Assembly: GCA_015680685.1 (NCBI GenBank)
Contig: MNCI01001683.1
Coordinates: forward strand, 93,256-157,255
Source: Gnetum montanum
Taxonomy: Eukaryota; Plantae; Gnetophyta
Direction of reading: 5' to 3'
DNA: 64,000 nt
In this document: in pieces, positions 1 to 12,101 of the stretch
Layout of the letters: each line of letters begins with the position of its first letter
How positions within the stretch are numbered: position 1 is the stretch's first letter
Notes under the pieces: model-generated
Told to the model about the DNA's origin: nothing
The model's database searches: none
What the model saw: only the letters and a program-made list of their open reading frames with translations
Position numbers and translations under genes: made by a program

Positions 1-2233
1 GTGTTATTACTATCATTGGTCTTGATAGCTTTTGTAATGAAACATTGGTCATGTTTCTTGGTTGATTTTTAAGACCCCAAGATTTTCTTAGTTGTACTTC
101 AAATATTGCTTCATTAATAAAATTTCTTTTACCTGTTCAGTGAAATATGTAAAGGTTTCTGTTGAATTTTCACATTTCATTTTCATACTTAATGAAATTA
201 TTAGGCAAGTAGTCTCCTTAATTCCTATTTTAATCTAATGCATCAACTAACCAAACATGGTAAATTTGTTACATTTCCAAAACCTTCGGAAGTTCAGAAC
301 AGCTACATATAAGTACAATTTAGCAACTAGTTCAGCAACTATATGTAGCTGTTTCATCTCGATATTATAAACCTTGTTCTTGAATTTCTTTCTTTTGCTT
401 AATCTGATGATGCAGAAATAGCCAGTGGAAGAATCGACATTGACAAAGTTGGACCCTAGTATATCTGGGTGTACTATTATATGATTCATGTTCTTTTCAC
501 CTCTCTGCATTTTAAACTTATTTTCCCCATCATTGGTCACATTTAGATGCATTTACTGCTTAAGGTTTGTACTTTTAAGTCTAACCTAAATTGCAGCATG
601 AATTGACGTTTTCCTAGCAGGAAGTACATAACGGTTTTCATAACAGAGTTTGTTTGATACATAAATCCTTGTGGTTGTTTTCCTTAGTCATGCCATCTCA
701 TCGGTTAGGAGTCCTTTAACAAACACTGGAAGGATCCAAACAAGAATAAAATTCAACAGTATTTCACAACAAACAAAGAACCTCCTTAGATTTTACTTAT
801 TACCTCAAATTCTTGCATAATTCAAATATGCACTACTTGTTCTCTATAAAATCAACGTGCTCACTGATTACTTATCCTTTGATAATGAGGTGTTAGCTTT
901 GTGATAAGACTCTTGACATGGCAGCCCTAGATTAGAGGTTTAATACAACTAGGTAATGCTGAGCTATGGACAAATTCTATAAAAAGAATTCTAAAATTGA
1001 TGTGGTCTGACAAATCCAAAGGGTCTTGGTAGAAATAATCAAATTAATTCAGTTTTCATTTCAGATAATGCTCCCCCTCTCTTTTTCATAGAGAGGTAAA
1101 AGTATATTTTATTAATACTAAAATTTAGACGGGAGTACAATCATGATAATGTCTCTTCTAAAGTTAGCTCCCATAACTTGGTACACTTCAATTATAATGA
1201 AGCACTCATTTTCTTTTTGTAATCACCTATCATTCTCAACGGCGGTTCTACTTTATGTATCTAGTTATAAAAACATGATCTTTAACAATGCAAAAGATTG
1301 CCCTTGTACCCGGTTGCCATATCGGCTCTAGGGGAGGGTGGCGCTGGTTCTAATTTCTGCTGAAAATGTATAGTCCAGCTCAGTTATGTGGGGTTGGGGA
1401 GAATGGGGGGTTTCTATTCCCCGGCGGGGGGTGGGTTCATCTCCCCTGTTTTTGGGGAAAAGAATTTTTGTACCTTTATGTAAATTTCTGACATAATTTA
1501 ACCCGAATTTTCTCCAAAAAAATTGTTTTGGATTTATTTTCTTAAGTTCAATTTATTAAGCCATATCCTAAGCAATATTGAAAGCATTTGAGGATAGTTC
1601 CATTTCTACCATTCCCAAAAACACAAGTCATCAAAAGTGTCTCTACTTATTGGGAATAAGAGTTTCCCATCAATATGGATTGGCCACAAAGCGAAGTTTG
1701 TAAATATGTAATGCATTAGCCTTATTAAAACAACTGAAAACATTAGCATCATTGAATCAACACTTGAAAAACCATTCAACCATTATTTCTAACTTCTCAA
1801 TTAGTTTTCAGCATTCATTTCAATTTGAAGAATCACAGTTAAAGGAAGGAATCAACCTCAATCCATTTCAATCAGCTTTGCACTTAAATTTTCCTATTTC
1901 TAAAATTTCCTATGTATATCACAAGCCATAGTCTACTCATGGTCAAGTCAGCAAACAACTACAACCTCATCATGGGTTGCATTTCCATTATTTTAATTAT
2001 ACCATGACTTGTGGTTTGCTCATAGTCAATCAATGTCAATTACCTCTAGTTGTGGTTCACTTGTATTATTTTGTCCCAATTTTGTACATACACCATGGCC
2101 ACATGACCCCACCATGACATGTGGTCTACTCATGGTTTCACCAATTTTGATTGAAGTTTTACCATGACTCTCACCACCAGTCATGGTCATGTCATAGTTA
2201 AACAAAATTGCACATAACAACGTATGGTCTAGT

Positions 2234-4019
2234 TGAAACACCACAAAATTTCAGCCTAACACTTTGAAACAGGAACGACTCAAGCAACAAAAACTTGACT
2301 AAGGTCAAAACGGTCTTAATTTGAATGGGCAAGGCCCCCTCGGGGCCCACTCATGGCTACTCCAAGTTTCAACACCCAAAATCCAAGATCTCAAGTCGAA
2401 ATCGCACAAATCTTGCTACTCACGCTGAGGTTACACCCAGGTCACGCTGGCAGTGTGAGTCCAACGTGAGTCTAGCATAAGTGCCCCAAAACAAAGTCAA
2501 AATAGCCTGATTTTGAAGGTACAAGTCACCCTAAAGGTCCACCCAGCCCTCAGAATCCTGATTTTGGGCTCAAAAATACACTGTTTCCACTGCTTACGCC
2601 CAGGTCACGTTGGGGTTACGCTGGAGCGTGAGCCCAGCGTGACCAAACAGAAACTAGTCTAGACAGGCAGCTCCAAGCACAATTTCAGCATCAACTCAAC
2701 TTCTAAGGACAGGCAACAGTTCTACTAGTCAACAAGCTCCAAAAAGTCAAAGTTCGGGTGTAAAACACAGCATTTTGGCTTGGTTACGTCTAGGTCATGC
2801 CTAGCTCAAGCCCAAGTCACACTGGGGTCACACTGGAGTCACGCTGACAGTGTGAGTTACCAAGATGGCTCAAATCAAGTATAAACAGGCTCAAAATCAG
2901 CATACAGGTGGCCCCCAAGGGCAGGCAGCAATTACACTTGAAGGACAAGCCTCGAAAACCAAGATTCGGTGCGAAATGAACCATTCTTACTAGCTCACGC
3001 CCAGGTCACGCTGAGCACTATTCATCAGCGTGAGCACTATTCACGCCCGAACAAAAGCACTCCAAACGCACGTTGAGGACACACCAGGACCAAATCAACT
3101 CACGTTGTGAACCCTGGTGAAGCAGAGACACCTCAAACAACCACCGAACCACTCAAATCAACATCCTGCAGCAGTCAATTCAAAGGACCATAAAGTTTCA
3201 AGCGAGCCGAAGTCAATCCCTCTTGGAATTCATTGTAAATTTTCATTGTAAGCCTCACCATCTATGAGCTTGTCAAGCTCTTACGCTGCTTCCATGGGCA
3301 TAAGCCAACTTGCGTTGTAAAATACAGTGTATCCGGTCTAAAACGTAGTCTGCCCACGTACACCTGTCACACGATCCGTTTTTTTCTCATCCCGCAACCA
3401 TCGATCTCATTCATTCCTACTCCCAGGCCTAGACAAATGCATAAATACCCAGTTCATGGACATAAACAGGGGTTGGCAACAAAAAATCTGGCAAAAGAAA
3501 CCAACAATCCTGAGCCCGGACGCACGTGATTCCCAGCACTTGCAAACACCTTGCATCGAAGCTTAATGTTCGACTTGCAACGCAACTACATTTTGACCGG
3601 TGCACATCTTGTCAATTAATACAACATTGTTCATTATTTGCCATCCATTGTCCTATTCTGATTTACTTGCTGCATTGTTCCGTTCCATTGCATGTTCCTA
3701 CATACATTCTGCTTACGTTTACGTTCCATTACGTTTCATTACGTTTCGTTACGTTTCTTTACATTTCGTTACATTCTGTTACGTTACTTTGTGTTACATC
3801 ATTTTTCTCTGTTTCACGTTTCGTGACAATAACCCTAGCGCAGGCAATAGCGTACGCTCGGGGAAGTCCTTAGTTGATCTGCGTGCAGACCATCCAAGGC
3901 ACTCTGCCTTCATTTTTCCAGCTTGCCCTCACGCGAAGGCAAGGTCATCTGTGTCTCTCCGAAGATCTTTCAGTGTACGTTTTTCCTCCAGCCTTATGCC
4001 GAAGATTTCGGACAGTACA
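2234..4019 (+). repeat. LTR A1 (5' LTR, 1786 bp)
   Basis: TG...CA termini. Near-identical to 24310-26078 (3 differences in the first 107 nt) and to the reverse complement of 10272-12101. Followed by a PBS. TATA-like GCATAAATA near 3440; CGTT(A/T) pentamer microsatellite ~3715-3790. Confidence 0.95.
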
Positions 4020-4024
4020 GAAAT

Positions 4025-4042
4025 TGGCGCTAGAAGGAGGGC
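4025..4042 (+). promoter_or_regulatory. Primer binding site (tRNA-Asn type)
   Basis: TGGCGCTAGAAGGAGGGC 5 nt after the LTR end; complementary to the plant tRNA-Asn(GUU) 3' end ...CCCTCCTTCTAGCGCCA (recalled, not searched). Confidence 0.85.
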
Positions 4043-5617
4043 ATTCCTGTTTCACGGGAAGAGGATGGAACGAGTACCATGGAAGCTACACTTGCTGAGG
4101 CTTTAGATGCCCTTAAGCACTCAAGCGAGGAGAAAGGCGTTTTTGATGGTTTCTTTGATGGGTCTCTACACCTTGGTGATCCACCTGAGCTGACCAGCAA
4201 AGGGCCGCTTGGTAAGTCTTGTTAGTTTGTTCTGCATTTCGTATCTTCTTAGCTTTATGCATTGTTTTGACTATCATGGCTTTTCTTGACATCATACATA
4301 GATGTTGAGGTACCTGAAGCACCTGCATCTCAGGCAGGTGGGTCGGAGTTTGAGGCCCCAGTTGAGATGCCTTCTCATATAGATTCAAGATCCACTAATC
4401 CATTGAGGCCGTGGCCTGAGATGCCCAATAAAGTAGACTTTGTTACTGGCATCGTCAACGATGTTGTTGCTTGTCTGAGACAGGCTCATCATGAATTAGG
4501 TGTGTACTTTATACTAAGTGCCCGAGTTCATTGCGTTTTTGTACCTATTGGAAGTACCTATTGGAAGTCTCTGGTTGGCTTATATACATAATGTTTGTAC
4601 TTGTAGGTGCGAAGCTTCAATGGAGTCCTTCTGAGGCTACCCATATTGATGGTCTCCCAGAATTGCCCAAAGATATTGAGCAGATCCCAAGAGGGATTTA
4701 TGATGCAGTTTCGAGTTGTGTTGTCCCAAATGCTAAATCTCTCTGGACCTGTAGGCACTCAATTGAACAGTTATGGCTTGAAATTCAATCATTGAAGGAA
4801 AATTTGGCGAAGGTGACAGAGGAGAGGAATGACTTACAAGCCCATTATGATTTTGCCTCTACTAGGTTGGCAGGTGATAGTACATGGCGTACATCCGAGA
4901 TCACCTATGCACGTTATTGGGTAGGCTTGAATAGCAAGGTGCAGGCGATTCGAGATTTGGCCGAACAGAGAGCCTAGATGGATTTATTGAATAGGAAGTG
5001 CCATGACTAGAAGTCCTTTGCGTCCAAAGTACATAAATGGGGCCAGGATCAGAAAGATCATAAGCATCAATATAAAAAATGGTTGAAAGAGGAATCAGTG
5101 GAACGTCGTCGGTTGGAGATGTTCGTGGAGGGGTTAGGTTTGCGCTCTTCCTATGAGAAGTTTGTTGAATATACAGAAGTGGAGGGGTCTCCTGAGAGAT
5201 CCATTACCACTGCCTCTGGGGAGGCTTCAACAAGTATGTTTTCTCTTAAGCACCCCTCCTGGTCTTCCGTGGACAAGGGTAAAACCTTGGCTAACATCAA
5301 CCTCAGACTCGAGAAGGACTGGACATGCGTGTCTGAAGAAGAGATTCTACGGCACCTGGAGGCTAATCTCAAGCCTTCCCCACCTATGAGTATTTTATTG
5401 CTCACATTATTTTATTGTTTTTAGTCATCTTTCTCTTTAGTGTTTTTGCTCTCTTTTACCTATTTGTTGTTTTTTTTTTTTGTGCGTTTACTCATTTTGT
5501 TGTTTTGTTTTCTCTTCGTGACAGGGGCATGGTGGTGATGAGGCTGGCCCTAATGGGACGGGAGCTGATAATGTAGAGGATTTTGGGGACCAACCCCCTC
5601 CTAACACTAGTGCATGA
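4043..5617 (+). pseudogene. 3' half of the spliced antisense extra gene of family A (coiled-coil/acidic part)
   Basis: Exons 4043-4211, 4302-4499, 4607-5385 and 5525-5617 join in frame. Introns 4212-4301 and 4500-4606 are GT-AG; the third donor reads ATGAGT. Protein aligns with 47496-48844 (RPWPEMPNKVDFVTGIVNDVV vs RAWREFPDKFAFMEGVVSDII; GAKLQWSP vs GARLRWDP; KDHKH). Two in-frame TAG stops. Confidence 0.8.
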
Positions 5618-6053
5618 TTTAGCTTGTTGGTCTTGTCAACCTTGTCATTTCTTTGCTAGTTTGTTATTTTTTTTGTTGGTTTTGGAATATGTGAAGACAA
5701 ATGTAACATGATCATGGTGTAATATGCAGTTATTCTATTGCTGTGCTAACACTCCGTATTACATATATTTATATATTTTGTTTTTGCTTTTTTTGAATTT
5801 CTTTGTGAACACTGTGTCTAACAAAATATGAAATGAACATTGTAACTTGCAAAATGTGAACGATAATGATGTAACGAAATTTCGGTAAATTGATGGTGTA
5901 CTATACTCTAGTTTAAAGCCGTTTTGGGCTAGGCACGTCAGTTTAAAGTCATGACGGACTATTGTATCTTTGTCGAAGAGAAAGAGGAGACTATAGTTGT
6001 TTTTGGCGAAAATTTATTTTTTTACGAAGGAACCGGCCATTTCTGACCGTGGC

Positions 6054-6144
6054 TAGTTTAACGTCGTTGCGGACACTTGGTAGTTTAACGTCATTCCGGA
6101 CACATAGTAGTTTAACATCATTTCGGACGAGTAGTCGTTTTAAC
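6054..6144. repeat. 27-bp tandem repeat (TAGTTTAACGTC...GGACAC)
   Basis: Three to four degenerate units; an analogous 27-bp array lies at 49021-49180 in family B at the same position, downstream of protease. Confidence 0.7.
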
Positions 6145-9100
6145 AGTTGAGTAGCTTCTTTAATTTTCGCAGATTAACATGGTGTGTTGGGCATGTTGGT
6201 GTAATTGTATATTTTGCGTCTCCTTCGCTAATTATGTTAAACGGTAATTTGGACCATGAGACGTCTAGAGGAATGACCCCTATGTCCACATGCTCTGATG
6301 TTTCGACGTTTTGTAATGTTTTTATATCTTCCGAGGGATCACGGTTTGGAGATAGGTTATCGCTTTGGTTTTCAATGGGTGTGGCGTCCTGTTTAAGCTC
6401 GAGGGTAATGTCATCTTGTTTAGTCTCATCGATTTTGACCTCTGAGCCTTGGTTTGTGCCTATGTGTGCAAAGGTGTTGAGTGTAGCCACATCACCGTGT
6501 ATAATGATTTCACCACCTTCATAGGGTAAGTGAATCTCTTGGTGGATGGGTGAGGATACTGCTTTTAATTGGGCTAACCATGGTCGTCCCAAAATTAAGT
6601 TAAATTCAGGCATCTCGTCTACGACTACGAATTCAGCTGACGTGGGGAATCGGTCCCCTGCTATGAAATCCAAAGTTAATGTTCCTTTGACAACTACGTG
6701 TGATCCACTGAACGATTTCAAGAATGTCGTGAAAGTTGGTTTGATTTGTTCAGTTAGCCCTAACTGTTCAATGACGGGGTATGGTACTACATTCGTGGCT
6801 ACTCCGTCATCTACGTGCACCCGATGTATTTTAAATTGATTTACTTGTATAGTTATGAACATGACTTCTCCTGTTTTTTCATCTATTTTTATATCATCCG
6901 TTTTGAAGCCTAGTGATGTAGCTCTTGATCCTTTGACAACTACGCGTGATCCACTGAACGATTTCAGGAATGTCATGGAAGTTGGTTTGATTTGTTCAGT
7001 TAGCCCTAACATAGTTATGAACATGGGTGCAATGGTGACTTCTCCTGTTTTTTCATCTATTTTTATATTATCCGTTTTGAAGCCTAGTGATGTAGCTCTT
7101 GATCCTTGATATGGAGACATTACCGCATGAATGGAAGGTTCATTTGCAGGTAAGTCTTCACTGACTGGGATCGATGTTAACATGCGTACTAAGGCTTCAC
7201 GATGAACTTGAGAAGTCAACATGAGGTCATACAAGCTTAATGATGTGTTTTTTTGTTTAAGTGCCTATGTGACCTGAGTTAGGGCACTAACCAAGTCTTT
7301 ACTGTTTGGTAGGCTCTTGTTGGTTGAGACTTGGTCCATTGGACCCAACAACTGTATCTCTTGTGGAATGGTTTTCATGTGGTCTAATGTGACGGTTGGG
7401 TTTGATGCATCTGGCATTCCTGATTTTTTGTTTTCATGACTTGTGCTCAGCTCGCCAGTTGTCGGAGCCATAGGTACAACGTTTAAGGGAGTGGGTTCCG
7501 GTGGCCCCAATTCAAAACTTCAACGTTCTTTTTCTAACCGTTCCCTAGTAAGTCTGTTGGTGAGGCGTTCTCGCGAAGGTCGTGGGGAAACCGTTGGAGC
7601 TTGAACATCGGGTTGTTTTGGGACTCGGATTACGAATGGAGCAGGTCGGGGTTGCGGTTGAATAGCTGGAGGTGGTTGTGTCAGGGTGTTTAGGCACCCT
7701 GATGACGAACGGGGTCGGTTTGGTTTGCGGTTGAGGAGTAGGGGGTTGAAGATCAAGGTGTTTGGGTACCCTGATTACAAAGGGAGTTGGTCGATTTTGT
7801 GGTGGTACCTCCGTGGCTGCAACCGCAGGTGGCACCCGGACCACAAAGAGAGTGGGCCGGGTAGGCGGTTGCACATTTGCGGTTGCATTGGCAAGGGGTA
7901 CACGAATGACGAATGGTTTTGTAGGTGTGGGTGGATTGTATGTGGGATACGAAGATTGTGGGGATGATGTTGACGTTGTAGGAGGAACATGAATCACGAA
8001 AGGTTTGTTGGGCATTCTTTGCTCATTTCCGATATGGATCGTGTTAATAACGTAAGGAGCTTCCTTAGTATTGAGGGGATCTTTGTATACGCCCATAGAT
8101 TGATTCTGCGATTTAACAGGGTTGGCATCGTCAAATGTTATTTCACCCCTATCAATCATACGTTGTATGTCTTGTTTGAGGGTAAAACAATAATCAATAC
8201 CATGCCCATTCAGTTGATGGTACTAGCAAAATCAATCTAATCTAAAACCTTTTGGAATAGGAGGCTCATTTGGTGTTGCTAAGCTTGGGTTTTTGACCAA
8301 TTCACAGAATCGGTCATGTCTCTAGGCTGCCACTAGGGACAACTGCTTGTGTTTAATGGCCCCAGCCTTCAAAAGTTGATCTAACAACTGGGAAGACTTC
8401 ATGGTGAGCGGTGTGTATTGAGCAGGGTCTTTCCTCTCAAACGGACGTGCATGACCCATGTTAGTAGCTTGTGTGGTAGATGATTCAGTTGTATGTGCAG
8501 GAGCGGTTCTCTCGTAGTTAATGGGAGCAGTAGGTGGTCTGCCTTGCTGTCCCGCGTTGGTAGGTTGAGTCTCCACTACTGCTACTACTGTTGCTTTAGC
8601 TTTTTCTTTATCTTTTTTAGTGTGTTGACTTCTAAAGGCTAAGTAAGCAGGGTCATGGCTATTTTGGGCTGCCTCTTCGATGTTTTTAATCTGTACAAAA
8701 GCTTGGCTTAGAGTGCGCGCATTTAGATAGTACAGTTTTGATTTGACAAAATCATTCACAGCTCCCTTAAGAATCGTAAGAAGGTATGTTTCTAGGATTG
8801 GCTCATGAAGTTTGTTGAGTGTAGCACTCCATCTTTGGATAAATTTTTGTACAGGTTCAAGCGGTGCTTGTTTTACCTGTATCAGACTGTCCAAGGTTGC
8901 TTCAGGTTTCAGGTTATATTTAAACCTGGTAACGAACTGGTGTAAGAGATCCTCCAAAGAGGATATGGAATTACGAGGCAAGGCTCGGTACCAGTCTAAT
9001 GCTCTGCCAGTGAGGGACATGGCGAACACACGCAAGATTGCATGGGTTCCCCATTGTATTTAGTTAGTTGAGGCAAAGAAACTCCTTTCGACAAGGTTAA

Positions 9101-10150
9101 TGGTGGTACCGAAGAGCTAATAGGATCATCTTGGTAAAAATCTAACACTTTAAGCTCTTCATTGTTAGCGGTTTTGAAGCGTTTTACCTCGTCAGTGAGC
9201 TCTTGCATCATCTTTTTGGCTTCGGCCCATTCTTGGGCACTTGGTGGAGCAGTAGGTTGGCTAGTTTGAGTGCCATACAAGTTAGACTGTTGTACGATTG
9301 GTAGGAATGATGATTGTTGAGTGATCGGAGGTTGCACTTGTGGAATATTTACAGTGGGTGCTACTAAGGGCGGCATACTGTAAGGTGTAGGTTGTTGTTG
9401 TTGTTGTTGAGCGATAGGGGCGGTCCATTGCCCAACTGTGGGTTGCAAAGGGAGACTTTGTACCTGGTGTTGTAGTGGAAGAGCTAAGGGTGTGGTATGA
9501 ACCTGCGCTCGTGGGATGAAGTGTGTAGATGTGGAAGCGGTTATCATAGATGGCATCCCAATTACTGGGGGGGGGAGGAAGTCACTCCCATATTAGCTTG
9601 AAAGGGAAATTGTTGGGATTGTCCTTGTGAGAGGGGGGTAAAGTGGTAATCAGAGGGATAGCGGGGATGGGCATAGCGAATTGGGTGCTGGTCGCAGGGA
9701 AAGTAGGCATAAGGCTAAGTGCTTCCTATCGAGAGATAGGTGCCTGAGTGTTTGTAACTGCATGAAGGGACATAGTTTCTCCTGTGAAAGGGTGGAATAA
9801 CGGGTTCACATAAGTATGAGGGTTGAGAGTGTGGTACAAATCCCTGTGTTCGGACTGGGCCACGAAATTATCTTCTTCATCTTCGTTTTGAGGTTCTACG
9901 GCAAATTGGCGTGAGGTTTGATTCCTTGCCATGAGGAGCTGGGATATAAGTTCATGATGAGATTCAGATAGGGGAATCACATCGTATGCTGAGGGGACAA
10001 AGTTATGGCCCCCTTTATAGATGAACTCAAAATGTCGTTTTGCTTCCATTTCCACGCGATCAGTGGGTAGGTTGGCTTCGATCTTTACACAGATGAAGTT
10101 GTATTGTTCCATGGTGAGAATTGTATAGGCGGGGTCCTTGCCTTGTAACC
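6140..10150 (-). pseudogene. gag: gag-protease of family A (frameshifted)
   Basis: Retrotrans_gag core (FAMSLTGRALDWYRALP...FVTRF), C-x2-H-x4-H-x4-C knuckle near 8180-8230, aspartic protease (VHVDDGVATNV...FNLILGRPWL...VSSPIHQ). Homologous to 49596-53181. Confidence 0.9.
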
Positions 10151-10248
10151 TAGTTAATCAGAGATCTGTAACTAGGTTTTGGTTTCAACACTTAATCAGT
10201 GCAACGTTTCGAACCGTGGGGCGACTAAGGTTTTGTCAAACGGTAAGG

Positions 10249-10266
10249 GCCCTCCTTCTAGCGCCA
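10249..10266 (-). promoter_or_regulatory. Primer binding site after LTR A2
   Basis: Reverse complement is TGGCGCTAGAAGGAGGGC, identical to 4025-4042. Confidence 0.9.
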
Positions 10267-10271
10267 ATTTC

Positions 10272-12101
10272 TGTACTGTCCGAAATCATTGACGTAAGGC
10301 TGAAGGAAAAACATATGCCGAAAGATCTTCGGAGAGACACAGATGACCCTGCCTTCGAGTGAGGGCAAGCTGGAAAAACGAAGGCAGGGTGCCTTGGATG
10401 GTCTGCACACAGATCAACCAAGGACTTCCCCGAGCGTACGCTATTGCCTACGCTGGGGTTATCGTCACGGAATGTGAAACAGAGAAAAATGATGTAACAC
10501 AAAGTAACGTAACAGAACGTAACGAAACATAAAGAAACGTAATGAAACATAACAAAACGTAATGAAACGTAACAAAACGTAATGGAATGTAAACATAAGC
10601 AGAATGTATGCAGGAACATGCAATGGAACGGAACAATGCAGAAAGTAAATCAGAATAGGACAATGGATGGCAAATAATGAACAATGTTGTATTAATCGAC
10701 GAGATGTGCATCGATCAAAATGTAGTTGCGTTGCAAGTCGAACGTTAAGCTCTGATGCAAGGTGTTTGCAGGTGCTGGGAATCACGTGTCCGGGCTCAGG
10801 ATTGCTGATTTCTTTTGCCAGATTTTTTTTGCCAACCCCTGTTTATGTCCATGAACCGGGTATTTATGCATTTGTCTAGGCCTGGGAGTAGGAATGAATG
10901 AGATCGATGGCTACGAGATGAGAAAAAAATGGATCGCGTGACAAGTGTATGTGGGCAAACTACGTTTTAGACCGCATACACTGTATCTTACAACACAAGC
11001 TAGCTTACGCCCATGGAAGCAGCGTAAGAGCTTGACAAGCTCACAGATGGTGAGGCTTACAATGAAAATTTACAATGAATTCCAAGAGGGATCGACTCCG
11101 GCTCGCTTGAAACTTCATGATCTTTTGAACTGACTGCTGCAGGATGTCGATTTGAGTGGTTCGGTGGTTGTTTGAGGCATCTCTGCTTCACCAGGGCTCC
11201 CAGCGTGAGTTGATTTGGTCTTGGCGTGTCCTCAACGTGCATTTGGAGTGCTTTTGTCCAGGCGTGAATAGTGCTCACGTTGGTGAATAGTGCACACGCT
11301 AATGAATAGTGCTTAGCATGACCTAGGCATGAGCTGGGCGTGAGCAAGTAAGAATGGTTCATTTCGCACCGAATCTTGATTTTCGAGGCTTGTCCTTCAA
11401 GTGTAACTGTTGCCTGCCCTTGGGGGCCACCTACAAGCTGATTTTGAGCCTGTTTATACTTGATTTGAGCCATCTTGGTAACTAATGCTATCAACGTGAC
11501 TCCAGCGTGACCCAAGCGTAACCAAGCCAAAATGCCGTGTTTTACACCCGAACTTTGACTTTTTGGAGCCTGTTGACAAGTAGAACTGTTGCCTGTCCTT
11601 AGAAGTTGAGTTGATGCTGAAATTGTGCTTGGAGCTGCCTGTCTAGATCAGTTTCTGTTTGGTCACGCTGGGCTCACGCTCCAACGTGACTTGGGCATGA
11701 CTTGGGCGTAAGCAGTGGAAACAGTGTATTTTTGAGCCTGAAATCAGGATTCTAAGGGCTGGGAACCTAGGGTAACCATTAGTGGACCTTTAGGGTGACT
11801 TGTACCTTCAAAATCAGGCTATTTTGACTTTCTTTTGGGGTTGTTTTGGGGCACTTACGCTAGACTCACGCTGGACTCACACTGCCAGCGTGACCTAGGC
11901 GTAACCTCGGCGTGAGTAGCAAGATTTGTGTGATTTCGACTTGAGATCTTAGATTTTGGGTGTTGAAACTTGGAGCAACCATGAGTGGGCCCCGAGGGGA
12001 CCTTGCCCGTTCAAATTAAGACCGTTTTAACCTTAGTCAAGTTTTTGTTGCTTGAGTCGTTCTTGTTTCAAAGTGTTAGGCTGAAATTTTGTGGTGTTTC
12101 A
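10272..12101 (-). repeat. LTR A2 (inverted internal LTR, 1830 bp) with both PPT and PBS
   Basis: Reverse complement of LTR A1/A3; PPT AAAGAGGGG at 12114-12106 upstream and PBS downstream. Confidence 0.95.

Noticed and set aside
416-459. Possible plus-strand terminal exon (TGCAG|..IASGRIDIDKVGP*)
   Set aside because: Good acceptor context, but too short to support without homology or transcript data.
1300-2233. G-rich stretch resembling a DNA transposon end, with the flank continuing at 26084-26700
   Set aside because: No matching TIR, TSD or transposase motif could be identified.
3526-4106. ORFs within LTRs (also 10236-10785 and 25649-26216)
   Set aside because: They arise from the stop-poor CGTT(A/T) microsatellite; frames differ between LTR copies.
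6147-7109. Plus-strand ORFs opposite protease, and similar ORFs opposite the pol regions
   Set aside because: Antisense shadows of TE coding frames with no independent signal.
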